Shown: piece by piece, positions 50,464-62,000 of the stretch | Layout of the letters: each line of letters starts with the position of its first letter | How positions within the stretch are numbered: position 1 is the first letter of the stretch | NCBI RefSeq assembly: GCF_000400465.1 | Contig: NW_008806275.1 | Span: 60,001-122,000, forward strand | From: Wallemia ichthyophaga EXF-994 | Taxonomy: Eukaryota; Fungi; Basidiomycota | DNA length: 62,000 nt | Reading direction: 5' to 3' | Notes under the pieces: generated by a model | Told to the model about the DNA's origin: nothing | What the model saw: the letters and a program-made list of their open reading frames with translations, nothing else | Database searches by the model: none | Made by a program: the position numbers and the translations under genes

Positions 50464-52905
50464 TCAGTGCGTCGCTGTCGCTGCTTTTGCCACTACTGAC
50501 TCGAGACTCATTGGTATATATTCCAACACTGTCTTGTCAACTCCACCAGCCTGAGGCTCTACCCATACAGCATCGTCGTCTATATACACCATGATTCCAC
50601 CCTTTCCGGCAGCGTTTTTTGATATTTTGTAGAGCATGTGACCTCTACGATGCAGTTTCCTAGTAGAGATAAGCAACAAGTTATGTTCTTCTATAAACTC
50701 CCTCGCCACGTCGTAGAAGGTGAGCTCTTTGTACTCTCTAGCTTTCCGTTTGGTCTCCTTCTTCCCACCTGAGTGTGCGGAGAGAGTAGGTTTGATAAGT
50801 TTCTTAGAAGCGTCTGCTCCCAGACCCATAGCCTGGTTGATGAGGTCGAGAGACGAGCGGAAGCCATCGCCGAGAGCATTCTGCGCCACCACTTCCTCTG
50901 GGAAGTACGCTTTCCAAGACGCATACCACGCCGCAACCTGCTCGTAGTTTACGGCAGGCGAGACGAGCCAAATATAAAGAGTATCGACTAGCATAGGAAT
51001 AAAGGTGTTAGCGAGGACACCAGCGATTACTTTCGGCGAGAGGATGCCGTTCCACTGCAGAAGAGCTTCGAGTGGTTCGTAGTGTTGGTTGCGAGGGTTG
51101 ATGAGGAGGTCATGTCGCAAGTGTGCTGCTAACTTGGGTACCACATGTGTAAGCAGTAGCCCATCCCAGTCTTTGCGACTGAGCACAGACCTCCACACGG
51201 CGATGGGAGGTGGCGGTTGGGATGTGTGCCAGCCTTTCAGCACCCCGCTCAGCTTGCGTTTGGCGATATCCATCACACCCCCGAAGCGCGCATGCAGGTG
51301 CGGCAACCATGGGAAGAGGAGGCTGTGGAGCGTATGGGCGCTACTGCCATTCCAGTCGTCTACCGCCCCCATCACCTTGGGCAGGAGGAGCTGATCCATG
51401 ATGTTGTCGAATACGAAACTAGGCAGTAGATCTACCCATTCGTCGAGAAGTCGCGTCGCCGGTAGGGGAGTTGTAGGTTGCCACTCATTTATTAGCGCTG
51501 TGCGCAGTCGCGGTAGCCATACATGCCAGATCATCGACTCATACGGAGTCATTAATAATTGTGCGTTTTGGCTCGCTGGCTGTACCGGCGGTTTAAAATC
51601 GGCATCAATATCCTCACGACGCACCATAGACGTCTTGTCGGTTGGTGAAGCGTTCATAACGAGTGCTTTGCGCCATTTGCGCATCTCAACAATCCAATTA
51701 CTCTGGCTGTTTTCTTGCGAGAGTGGCTTCCATTGTCCTACCAACCTCTTGAAAGTGGGGGTTATTGCACCGACGACAACCTCATCCAGTCTATATGTCT
51801 CAAATTCACTCCCATAGTCTAGTAGTGCAATTATAGGGATGGTGAATAAATCCAGAATTGGTGTTGGTAGTACTGCAGCTTCTTTGCTGATTTCTTCGAG
51901 TTGAGATACTACATCTTCCAGCCGTTTCATACGTTCTATTCTGATAATGTCACTGTCCAAGTTTTTCACAATCGCCTTCTCTTGCTCTAGTAGGGATCTG
52001 TGGCGGTCATTAAGCACACGCGCTTCCCGCGCTAAGCCTTCGAGCTGGCGACGACTCTCGTCTGCTATGAGAGAAATGTTGTGTCGGAGTTCAGGTAGTT
52101 TAGTAGAATCGCTGGTTGGTGTCCAGGAGGAGAGATGGGAAGCTAGTGAAGTTGTAACTTCGCGTGGCTGTGTAATTGTGTTAGAATGGGTGGACTGTGA
52201 GTACTTTACACCCACCTGCGCACCTGTTAGGTCGAGAATAGGACCAACATTTGACTGAATTTGAGGCTGATCACCGAGTGCTTCGAGAACTTCTTCATAA
52301 GACATATGCTTAGTTTTAGTTTTAACATTTGGTTGCCTCGATTTCCAAGATTTCAAGTTCTCTTTGCGAGGTTGAGTCTTCTTTCGATGTTTGACATCAT
52401 CTTCATCATCAGAAACAACCTCACCACGTCGTTTAGCTTCCATTTTCTGTGCGCGTGTGCGTTCGTTGACAGCACCAACACCCGCACCTTGTGGGCGAGC
52501 TTTTGAGGGTTCGATAGGTACAGCTATACCTTTACCACCTTCACCAAGACCGTAACCAGCTTTCCAGCCCATAGAAGCGAGCATTTTAGCACCAAAAGAG
52601 TTTTGTATAGATGCAAAGTGCTTTTGATCATCGCGGCTGAGCTCTGCTTGTGCAACGGGTTGAGGTTTCTTAGCGAATAGGCTTGGTTGATTGGATTGAG
52701 AAGTAGAAGGGTGCTCCTCCTTGACTAGGGCTGGTCTCTCTTCTTCGTCGCTGGACGAGTATTCGTCGTCGAGGTCTTCGAGGTCGTTGACAACGTCATG
52801 AGATTGTGGGTTGTGAGGGGAGATAAAGTGAGGAGGGAGATGGGAATTGATGTCGTCATTAATGTTATCTTCGCTGGTGCTATCGTCTGAGCTGTGATTG
52901 GACAT
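50464..52905 (-). CDS. TFIP11: TFIP11/Spp382/Ntr1 spliceosome disassembly factor (G-patch + GCFC)
   Basis: G-patch FGAKMLASMGWKAGYGLGEGGKGIAVPI, ELRHNI, WLPRLR and WYASWK motifs. A 48-nt in-frame intron lies at 52215..52168. Confidence 0.92.
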   Translation of the reverse strand: MSNHSSDDSTSEDNINDDINSHLPPHFISPHNPQSHDVVNDLEDLDDEYSSSDEEERPALVKEEHPSTSQSNQPSLFAKKPQPVAQAELSRDDQKHFASIQNSFGAKMLASMGWKAGYGLGEGGKGIAVPIEPSKARPQGAGVGAVNERTRAQKMEAKRRGEVVSDDEDDVKHRKKTQPRKENLKSWKSRQPNVKTKTKHMSYEEVLEALGDQPQIQSNVGPILDLTGAQVGVKYSQSTHSNTITQPREVTTSLASHLSSWTPTSDSTKLPELRHNISLIADESRRQLEGLAREARVLNDRHRSLLEQEKAIVKNLDSDIIRIERMKRLEDVVSQLEEISKEAAVLPTPILDLFTIPIIALLDYGSEFETYRLDEVVVGAITPTFKRLVGQWKPLSQENSQSNWIVEMRKWRKALVMNASPTDKTSMVRREDIDADFKPPVQPASQNAQLLMTPYESMIWHVWLPRLRTALINEWQPTTPLPATRLLDEWVDLLPSFVFDNIMDQLLLPKVMGAVDDWNGSSAHTLHSLLFPWLPHLHARFGGVMDIAKRKLSGVLKGWHTSQPPPPIAVWRSVLSRKDWDGLLLTHVVPKLAAHLRHDLLINPRNQHYEPLEALLQWNGILSPKVIAGVLANTFIPMLVDTLYIWLVSPAVNYEQVAAWYASWKAYFPEEVVAQNALGDGFRSSLDLINQAMGLGADASKKLIKPTLSAHSGGKKETKRKAREYKELTFYDVAREFIEEHNLLLISTRKLHRRGHMLYKISKNAAGKGGIMVYIDDDAVWVEPQAGGVDKTVLEYIPMSLESVVAKAATATH

Positions 52906-52926
52906 GACTGTTGGTTGTTAACCACG

Positions 52927-55900
52927 ATGGAGATTGGAAGAAGTATTAGAAATTATATTTCAATTGGAGATGAGAATGGGTTGCGGGATGTAATAAACCG
53001 TGTTAAAGATGGACACAGTACTTTAACCCAGCTTATAAAGAATCTCGGTGAATATTTAATCCACGAAGAAGACCAAGTGAGATTTAAGGGAGTTAATGTG
53101 TTGAATGAGGTTATTAGGAATATCCCAGCAACTTCAATAAACAGACAAGCAACTCAAACGCTTTTAAATTTCTTTATTGATAAATTGAGTGATTTGAGTG
53201 TTATAGCACCCACGCTTGAATCACTGATTACACTTTCCACTTTAAATTCATTTGGCAGCTTAGAGGCTAATAATCTGGTTAATAGCCTATTCAATACACT
53301 CAACCCTTCTCAATTCATTCAACCTATTCGTTATTCCTTTTACAATCTTATTGATTCCCTCTTGAATAGACATAGAAGCACCCTCAAAGCACTCGGTGGC
53401 TCCTTCTTATCCGGCTACATATCTTCCATCAAAGGTGAAAAAGATCCTCGCAATCTTATGCTCATCTTTGGTATGAACACCGTCATCCTTATCGAATTTG
53501 ACACCATGTCTCACTCTGAATCCCTCTTCGACGTCATCTTCTGCTACTTCCCAATCACCTTTAAACCCCCTCCAGATGACCCTTACGGTATTTCAACTGA
53601 CGACCTCAGATTCGCGTTGAGACAAAACATTTGCTCATCCCCTCACTTCGCTCAGCAAGCAATCCCCCTGCTGATCGATAAACTCACAGCAACCTCTGGT
53701 CCTGTTAAACGTGACACTCTCCTCACTATCACTCACGCTTTACCCGTTTATGGCTTTGGTCATGTGTCTCAGAAGTCTCGCAGCTTATGGGACGCTATTA
53801 GCATTGAAATTCTCTATTCTACCGACACTCACACTGAAAACGTCGCTCTCGATTCTCTTCAATCTCTCATCACAACCCTCTACCCAGACACTCACCCAAC
53901 TGAGCTGTTAAATGCCACGGAACTACCAGGCATCGCAAATCTAATATTTGATGTCTGCCACGATGCTATCAAACAACCCGAGAAATCCAAGTCAACCCCT
54001 GCTATCAAAATCTTGGCCACCCTCATCCAATCCTCCCCAGCCACACTCGCAAGACCCCTCACACACTCCACTCTCATTCCACTCCTCGAGTTGTTTGCTG
54101 TACCCGCCGACCCAACCCAGCCTCCACCAATACTCAACCACATCCATGCCATCTTGGTTGCCTTGTCCAAGGTCTATGCTGATCAAGGTAGATCATTCCT
54201 TCACGACAATCCCATCAATCCTAGCCTCAAGGAACAACTCAACAACACACTCACATCCACGATCAACAACAAACCCCTCAGAAGTCCTGCTTTAGCTGCC
54301 TTCACTCAAACTTTACACATCCATGGTTACTGGGATTTCAACGTCGATGGCGTGCAAATAGCCAATATACTTATTGACTTTGTCAAAGATCCCAATCAAG
54401 ACCCCCACGTACGTCTCGTTGCAATCGAAGGATTGCTTTGTTTGGGTCAGGATATTCTACACAACATCGTTCTCCCCTCACTTCTCACCTCCATACCTAC
54501 CTCGGTCGACTCCTCCACTGACTGGAAACCGATCAGAGCCATTCTCGCCTCAATCACTGCTTTGGCTGTCGATGGTGCGCTATTCGAGGACTTTGTATTG
54601 GGTGTAGAGGCAAAAATGAATCAAGTCAGCGGCGACTCGTTGAATCTCGCCTATGTCAACATTCTTCTCTCGACACTGTTAGTAATCATTGAAGAGAAGG
54701 CTGCGAAAAAACATCAAGACATCTCACAGTACACTTGCTCAATCCTCTCGAAGTTATTCGTTTTCTTCGTGATTGCTCATCCAGGTTCAGTCAACGAAAC
54801 TCGCCTAGTAGAAACGGCTAGTAGATTGATTCAGGCTATTGTGAGGAGTTTCGACGTTTCACAGCAGCAGATACTGGCTAGGCATGTCATGAACGCCCTT
54901 ATCAATGGCTACTGGCAGGGTCTGTTAGGTACTGAGGATGACATCATCCACCAACCTCCGCTCAGTACAAACTCTACGCACAGAGCTTTCTTCCCTCTGC
55001 TCGCCTCTGCACTTATACCAATAAAGCGAGAGGTGAATCTTCCGCTCGCGAGTGAGTCTGTGTCGGAACTGCAGTCTCTCTCGGAATTTGCAACGACCCT
55101 CACACGCTGGTCAATGCAATCTGCATCTACCCCTACTCAACAAATTGCATCGCAACATCTGCTCGCGAATCTCACCAATAAGCGCATCGAAAGTTTGTCA
55201 GAATACACAACACACCTACTGGGAGAATGGCCTGAGCGGACGAGCGCAGAAAGCAGTGCGAATTCCATCTTTCTCATTATTATACAGTGGATTGCAAAAG
55301 GAGCACTATGTCGTAACCACGCATTAGGTGTGGAGTTCGTAACCAAATTGCTCGATCTCATCACCAGTCACTCTGTCTATGCGGATAGAGTTGCTGGCGT
55401 CATCGGCGCGATTGCGGACGATAGCAACGATGGCGTCCTCGATAGGAAACGCTCAAATGGCGTATCTTCTCTCTTACATAAACAGAGATTCTTTGATGTC
55501 ATCTTCCCAGTTGTAGTCGAACGTTATGAGAGTGCTGCATCGAGAAGCGAGGGTGAGTACTGGTTTTCGGAGGTATGCAAAGTTTAGCTGATTTTTCACC
55601 CCCTCTTTTTTAGATACTACGAGCGCAAAATACTTGGCTACGCTCGCACACCTTATTCAACACATGCCCAAATCACTCGCTTTGGCTAAATTGCCTCAGA
55701 TATTCCCTATTCTTTTGATCGCTCTGTCTCTCAATGATGCTGCTCTTAGATCTAGCGTTATTGAGACTATCACTGTGCTTATCCTCACTGAGGAGACCAT
55801 CGCACATACTGTACAGCAGCACATGTCTTCTCTCATTACATCACTTCTCTCTTTCTCCACAGATTCTGAACGTTCTTCTGTCGTGAGTAGACTCCAATCG

Positions 55901-56112
55901 ACACTCTCCTCTCTCTCCTCTCACACACCCCACAGCGCCTGCGTGTATCCGCTCTCAAACTCCTCGGCGTTTTCCCACGCGTTATTCGTAAAGATATTCT
56001 CGAACAATTCAAGTTACAAATCGTTCGTCAGCTCGTCGTCGCTTTAGATGATCCCATCAAATTGGTTAGGAAAGAAGCTGTAGACGCCAGGGAGTTCTGG
56101 TTACAGGTCTAA
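52927..56112 (+). CDS. MMS19: Mms19/Met18 (CIA Fe-S targeting complex), 3 exons
   Basis: LGEYL...R..G N-terminus, GEKDPRNL, FCYFPITFKPPPDDPYGI and C-terminal LDDPIKLVRKEAVDAREFW. Confidence 0.94.
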
Positions 56113-56241
56113 ATTATACTTTTCTCATAATAAAATAAATGCATCCATTAGTTTGATATCAAAAATAGAAGATGTAAACGTTTAATGTCGATGGAGAGGA
56201 ATTGTTTATGTTGCGAAGTTTGCTGTTGTTTGCTATTGTAT

Positions 56242-59200
56242 TCATTCTGCATTTTGCAGTTGTCTTTCTACGAGAAATTCCTATGCCTTTGTTAGCATCC
56301 GAACAATCATAGCAAATTCCACCCACTTCATCTCGCACTACTACGTCTAGCCTACTCACGACAGCCCTTATCTTATCCCTCAATTCTATGATTGAAAGGA
56401 GTAAGCTCGTCAAAGGGAACGCGAAGATGTCTAGAGGGTGTCAATTAGACGAGCAAATTGAGCATCACTTCACTCACGAATATAAGCAGCATTGATGAAA
56501 TCATAACCGTATTTCTCAACAAACTTAGTTGAGTAGTTTGCTAAAATCGTAGGAGCTACCAATGCCATACTGACCTCCACAACAATTGGCTTCATAACAC
56601 CAGTGTTAAATTGACTAAGGGATATACTCTCAAATCCCTCAACTAACATCTTGTTCATCAGATTGACTGGCTCGTTTACGTCCTTGTTCCTTGAGGTGAA
56701 CAAGGCTAAGCGTCCCATTAACAAACCCAAACACCATGCCTGAGGTAGGTGTAATCGTGGAGGGAACTGCAAACTGTTGGCAAGATACTTTGTTGGAATG
56801 ATGACCGCTAATTCCAGTGTAACTCCTACTAATGTTGGGAATATGAATCCTAAGCTTGTAGCATAGTAAACTGATTTGAGTAATTTATAAACTTGTCTAT
56901 CTGTCACATTCTTGATGAACTTTTGATATACTACCGGTGGTGCTAATAAACCGTACAGTCCAACGATCAAACAGTATATGTCGTGCATTTCACGGCCAGT
57001 CAGGTTATCCATCACGTATCTACCCAATAGTATCGATGGTACTAAAATCGAGATGGCAACTGTAACAGTAGTGGCCCACAAATATGCGATGAACCATAGC
57101 AGACGGCGTTTAAAGTTTGGTGGAGCGTATACAACACACCAGCTAAAATATTGTTAGTAACATACTATTTCACTAAATTTTCACTCACTCTTTAGCCGCA
57201 TCACGTCCACCGAATGCCGCCTCGCGCAACTGGTTTGCTACAGCTTTTTCGCCACTTCCATCAACGGGATAACCTGCCTCGTCAACGGGAATGAGCATTG
57301 GGCAAGGTCTTTTCCGATCGAATGACACATTGTCTGTTGCAGGTACTCTCATCCAATTACCTACTCTCATATTGCGCTTACTCTGTTTTAATCCAAACAA
57401 AGTCTGCCAATTGAATACTCTGTATCGGCTTTCTTCACCCTTATATCTTCCACCAAACATAAAGGAGCTCAATCCAAGTTGCGCCGAAGCCCAGCTCCAC
57501 CATCTTGAGTAAAACTTTTTGGCGAGATCTCTTGGAGCTAGCTTGCGAATTGTGTAAGGCATGATAAACTGTAGAAACAGAAGATCGACCGGTACAATGC
57601 TGATTGGTTCCGTCATTTTCCACCTCAGTGGAAGAATGCCCGAGAATCCAAACCTTAACACGTAAAAACCTACTCCAAAAGTTGAGAGAATAAATGTCGA
57701 ATATAAGAATGCTGAAAATGCTAATTTACGGACGTGTGTCCAAGCACTACGCTCCAGCACATCTCTCATTGGTGCGAAATTTGGATCATTTGGATCGCGT
57801 ATAAACCACAACACACCAGGTCTGAGCAGTCTTCTTATCCCAGTGATGAGAACCGATACCAAGAACAGTAAAAGTGTACCACATAGCCACTTTGTAAACA
57901 AGCTTGTGATTGGTGAGTTGATGGTGTAGTTTAATCTGCTTTGGAAGCTTATGTCCGCGTATAGTGGCATAGAGCAAATCTCAAGCAATATTCCGCATGC
58001 CAATGGGAATAAGATTAATTCGCTGGCGAAGAGAATAGCTATCTTGGCGAGAATGACTTGCTGTGTCATGGCTTCTTTGACTACATTCGCAACTTGTAGC
58101 ACTTGGTTATTGGTGTTAATGTAGATTGCAGCAAATGTGGTGGCGACTGCATAGCCCAGCAATATTGAGACTACACGTTCAGATGTACCATCATTTAGTG
58201 CCAATGACCATGACTTGAGCTTAACCCAATCAACGGACGCAGTGTACAGATGAACAACACTATCCAATTGATTAATGTGATCACCGAGGACGGGAATTTT
58301 CGACAAGACGTTTAGTATCTTGTTAAAAATGCTACTCTGAGCTTCCGGTTCATTCGGCTGTGATTTGGTAGCAAATATAGACCGAAAGAACGATAGCAGT
58401 CCCTTTACTATTTTTAGAGGTGGTCCTTTCAAGGACAGAATACTTTGCGATTCTCGGCTACCCAACCAATTCTCTGCAGCTTCAAATCCTCTAGCAATCG
58501 CATTCTGAACCCTTACTTGCATTGGCAACTTTGCCATCTCTGGTATACCTGAACCTGATTTACTTGATGAGAAAAACAGTTTCGTCATTAAAAGAGCTAA
58601 AATGTCAAAAATTGGATCAGTAAACCAGCGAGTAATATGGATAGGAAGTAGTGGGATATCTATTGGCCGCAGCTGAGCAAATATCTTTCCTATAGTGTAA
58701 GGAAGGAAGATGAAACAGCCTATTCCGATAAAGAAAAGAAGGATCATGAGAGATGAATTTTGGAATAGATTTGCTACTGGTCCACGTAGACCAACGGCTT
58801 CGAAAAGACCATCTAGCTCATCTTCCATTATACCACCTTCAGCGTCACCAGCATCTCTATCCTCGTTTGGGTTGTCATCCTCAGCGATTTGTGTATCTTC
58901 ACTGCGCCTTTCCTCCTCTATTTCATCCTCTTCATTCTCATCTGGAATAAAGTAACGATCTAACTCGCGGTGATTGTAATCACCTCCAGTGCTTTCATCG
59001 CTGTCATGTTGAAAAGCGTTGCTGATGGGCTGATTTACACTCATACCCATGTTCATGCTCATACCCATCCTCTCCTCCCAACTACCATCATCGCTTTCAT
59101 CAAGGGCTGATGAGCTTGAAGCGGTGTTAGGAGACATGAAGCCACTATTGTCAGAATTAGTGACCCAATCCGTTGTACGATTAGCAGCTGTATTGGAACG

Positions 59201-60337
59201 CAGGTTAGAAGCTCGACTGGTGGGACCGGTTGGAAGGTCTAGGGCAGATGATGAGCCTGTAGTAACAGCAGGAGATTCAGGAAGAGGAAGATTTGCAGCA
59301 ACGTTGACATCATGAGATGAGTGATCTTCCCTAATGATATCACTTATTCTGCGCTGTCTTAGTTGAGAAGAAGTGGTTGTGTCTGATGTCTGAGAGGAAT
59401 TGTCGCTTATATTGAAAGCAACAGCGGAGTTAGGAATTTGGAGAGGGTTGAGGAGTTGTCTAACTTTAGTCTTGAAGCGTAGACGTTCGTTAAGAGGAAC
59501 TTCAAGGTTTGGGGGAGTAGGAAGCTGAGTGGGGTGTTCAATAAGGATTTGCTTGAGTGGAGGAGGAGGTTTTGAGCTATCAACATCGCTCCACTGGTCA
59601 ATAATAGGACCTTGTTGAAGGACCCACTCCCTGAGCAAGAAGATGACGACGAAGATGACGACCAAAGAGCAGGTGATGGTTTGGCCTTGGAATATGTCAT
59701 TTATAACCGACCAAAGGAAGGAATTCCAAGGGTTTTGATCGTCTTGTGGGGAAAGAGAGGAGGGGAGTGTAGAATTTGATGTGGCATTGTTATGATCAGC
59801 CAAAGCAGCTAGAATGGATTGATCAACGTGTTGATTGTTTGTTGTTGATATGATAAGGTTACCAAAGTAAAAGTAACAGCGCCAGCACCAGACAGTAATG
59901 TAAGGGAGGAAACCGAGCCAAACCAAGGCTACTAATAGGAAGTGTAGAGAGTGTAAAAACCATTTAATTACGCAGATTATGGCTCTTTTAAAGAAGAGTA
60001 ATCTGGGTAATTGAGGAGGCATATACGGGGAGTAGACTGAGGTGAATGATATTAGAATTCTTAATATTAATCCACTAAAACCCACCTTTAGTGAATCCAA
60101 ATGAATGCTTGCATATTTCGCAGTGTTCTTTCTTCGTAACTTTTAGCCATTCCCTTAGGCAATCTTGATGTACATATTTCAAGCTACCTGAGCATTTACA
60201 TGGATGATATAAACTTCTACCTTCTTCTGAGCTGCAACGACAGATTCTGCAGACGTCTACAAGGTAGATATTAGTATGAGATGGATAACGCGTAAAAACC
60301 ACAACTCACCCTCATCGTCTAAAGCAGTATCCTGCAT
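56242..60337 (-). CDS. DOA10: Doa10/MARCH6 ER membrane E3 ligase, 6 exons
   Basis: RING-CH CRIC...HPCKCSGSLKYVHQDCL.EW...CEIC, TD domain WLCGTL / LRPGVLWFIRDP, and C-terminal RDEEFLVERQLQN. Confidence 0.94.
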
Positions 60338-60456
60338 TTTAATTATTTTTTATTTCTACAGAATTCCACGATGATGATATTTCGGGGACAAGTGATTATC
60401 TAGTCGCGTTCAATCGTACCTTCACGAGTAAATTCAGTAAATTGAGTAACTTACAA

Positions 60457-61051
60457 ATGTCTGCTAAGGATGTAAGTGGGGGATTTCTTTAAGGTCCAAT
60501 TAACTGATATCCACTCAGTATTACCACGCTGGTGGCCCACAATACGTCAGTATATCAAATTGCTTGGCGTGCATTTCATTTAGTCTAATTGATCACAGCC
60601 ACCAAATTCTTATTCTCAACAACCTCCTCAAGGTGGCCAGGGCGGCTATTATCCTCCTCCTCCTCCTAATCAAGGCTATGGTGTGTTTGGTGGTCCAGCT
60701 CCTCACATATCTAACACACATTTAAGGCGGTGGTGGCTATCAACAGCCATATGGTCAACAACCTTACCCAAATCAACAATATCCTCAACAGCCTGGTGTA
60801 AGTTGCGATGCACTCCCACTTTAACCTAATCATCTAATCGTATGTTTCAAGTACCAGCAACCTATGTACGTAGCTCAAGGCAAGCACGGTAAACAATCTG
60901 GTGGTATGGGTGGTATGGGCTCAGGTGGTGGCTGCATGGGTGAGGTTTTTCATCAATAACTAATTCATTCACCTGACGATCCCTTTCAGCCGCTTTAGCT
61001 GCATGCTGTGCAGGTGTTCTCGGCTGTTTATGCTTAGACGCTATTTTCTAA
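60457..61051 (+). CDS. CYSTM-type tail-anchored protein (Pro/Gln/Tyr/Gly-rich with Cys-rich TM), 6 exons
   Basis: Spliced MSAKDYYHAGGPQYPPNSYSQQPPQGG...GGGCMAALAACCAGVLGCLCLDAIF*. All five introns are GT-AG with branch motifs. Absent from the ORF track. Confidence 0.88.
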
Positions 61052-61208
61052 TCTTACTTGTCTGAACCGCTCGTTGTAAAATATTCACCTCGATTTCAAG
61101 GTAACATAGCCTAACTTGATTCAAAACTATTTATTGTTAATATACATTTACATTACTTTATATCTATACAGTTGAGTAATCCCTTATCTCTCCTTCATTC
61201 TCATCTTT

Positions 61209-62000
61209 TCACCGACAATGCTCAGCGTCTCCGGACGGATTGAGAAACCAGATCGGTACTATGACCAGAATCCAAGGTAGTGCCAAATAGGCGAAAAATG
61301 CAGAGATACTAGTACCTGCGTCCAATGCAGCACTTAGTATAAAATTGTTTGCATACCACGTTGGATATTTCCTCCTAACTACATACTGTGATATATATCC
61401 TACGATAAGCAATGACACTATCACGTTTGCAGGCATTTGAGGCACCAAATTTGCTCCAAACAATATCAGGGGAAATGATATATGCTTGAATCCAAGCCTT
61501 GGATAGCGCTTATGAACTGCCCACGTCAATATTGGCAATATCAATCCCAATATAAACCCGCTTATCAGTAATACCTTGTACTTCCCCACAAAAAATCTTG
61601 CAGGTCCTACCAATCCCCAAATAACTGATGCAGAGAACATTATACGCGGTGATCTTCCTGTGTATTGACCTGTCGGATCAACTAGAGTACCGTCGAGGTA
61701 TGGTCGCTTGGTATCAATGACATTTTGTAGAACAACAAAATTCACAATTGCTCCAATTGCTGTGCCGATATATTGACATATAAATACATCCTTTTGAGGA
61801 CAATGAATCATCATCCCTAGCTTGGAGTCCTCAATCAGATCCAATGATTGAGACAGAGAATTGTACGCGAATGTTTTGAAGACGGCGTTAGCCACTGGCT
61901 TACCCGGCATTATATAACCTATCACTAGCTCTGAAAGTACGTTCAATCCAATGCTCTGACCGCTAACAGCTCTAATAATACCAAGTGGTATCAAGCACAC
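61209..62000 (-). CDS. OPT-family oligopeptide transporter, 3' part (truncated by window)
   Basis: GLNVLSELVIGY..PGKPVAN..FKTF, DSKLG, ASVIWGLVGP and LSAALDAGT motifs. Confidence 0.92.
   Translation of the reverse strand: MCLIPLGIIRAVSGQSIGLNVLSELVIGYIMPGKPVANAVFKTFAYNSLSQSLDLIEDSKLGMMIHCPQKDVFICQYIGTAIGAIVNFVVLQNVIDTKRPYLDGTLVDPTGQYTGRSPRIMFSASVIWGLVGPARFFVGKYKVLLISGFILGLILPILTWAVHKRYPRLGFKHISFPLILFGANLVPQMPANVIVSLLIVGYISQYVVRRKYPTWYANNFILSAALDAGTSISAFFAYLALPWILVIVPIWFLNPSGDAEHCR

Noticed and set aside
12751-52215. Six stop-free introns with lengths divisible by 3 (Orc1 42 and 45 nt, CCDC25 54, QNG1-like 45, SelO 57, TFIP11 48), read through by the ORF track
   Set aside because: About 10 are expected by chance among about 65 introns of this size, so there is no evidence of enrichment. 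It mainly warns that the ORF-track proteins contain intron-derived peptides.
36863-56112. Apparent clustering of mitochondrial, Fe-S and tRNA-modification genes (Pus1, NDUFC2, Grx5, Cyt1, QNG1-like, SelO, Mms19)
   Set aside because: They are interspersed with unrelated genes, and such functions are common in a minimal gene set. There is no evidence for a cluster.
1-62000. tRNA, snRNA, rRNA, transposon or viral insertions
   Set aside because: I saw no recognisable signatures by eye. Small snoRNAs cannot be excluded without an Infernal/Rfam scan.

Overview
Eukaryotic, very compact fungal DNA. It looks basidiomycete: introns are 42-60 nt, intergenic spacers are often under 150 bp, ATP-citrate lyase is a single fused gene, and homocitrate synthase is present. 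This fits a Wallemia-type genome, which is inference and not confirmed. I traced about 35 protein-coding genes and about 65 introns by hand, mostly housekeeping: MKK1, Arc40, Orc1, Trs85, Pmc1, ACL, Pex1, Pus1, Grx5, Cyt1, Lys20, SelO, TFIP11, Mms19, Doa10 and an OPT transporter. Four small multi-exon genes are missing or only fragmentary in the ORF track: 5-hydroxyisourate hydrolase, a single-RRM protein, NDUFC2 and a CYSTM protein. I found no transposon, tRNA, rRNA or CRISPR array, and no clear multi-gene novel system. The most unusual signals are: two normal-sized introns abutting with a zero-nt exon in a mitochondrial carrier gene (candidate recursive splicing); head-to-head genes whose ATGs are 21 bp apart; a chain of genes with 51-95 bp spacers; frequent GTGGGT donors; a divergent queuosine-salvage-like glycosylase; and several orphan loci.
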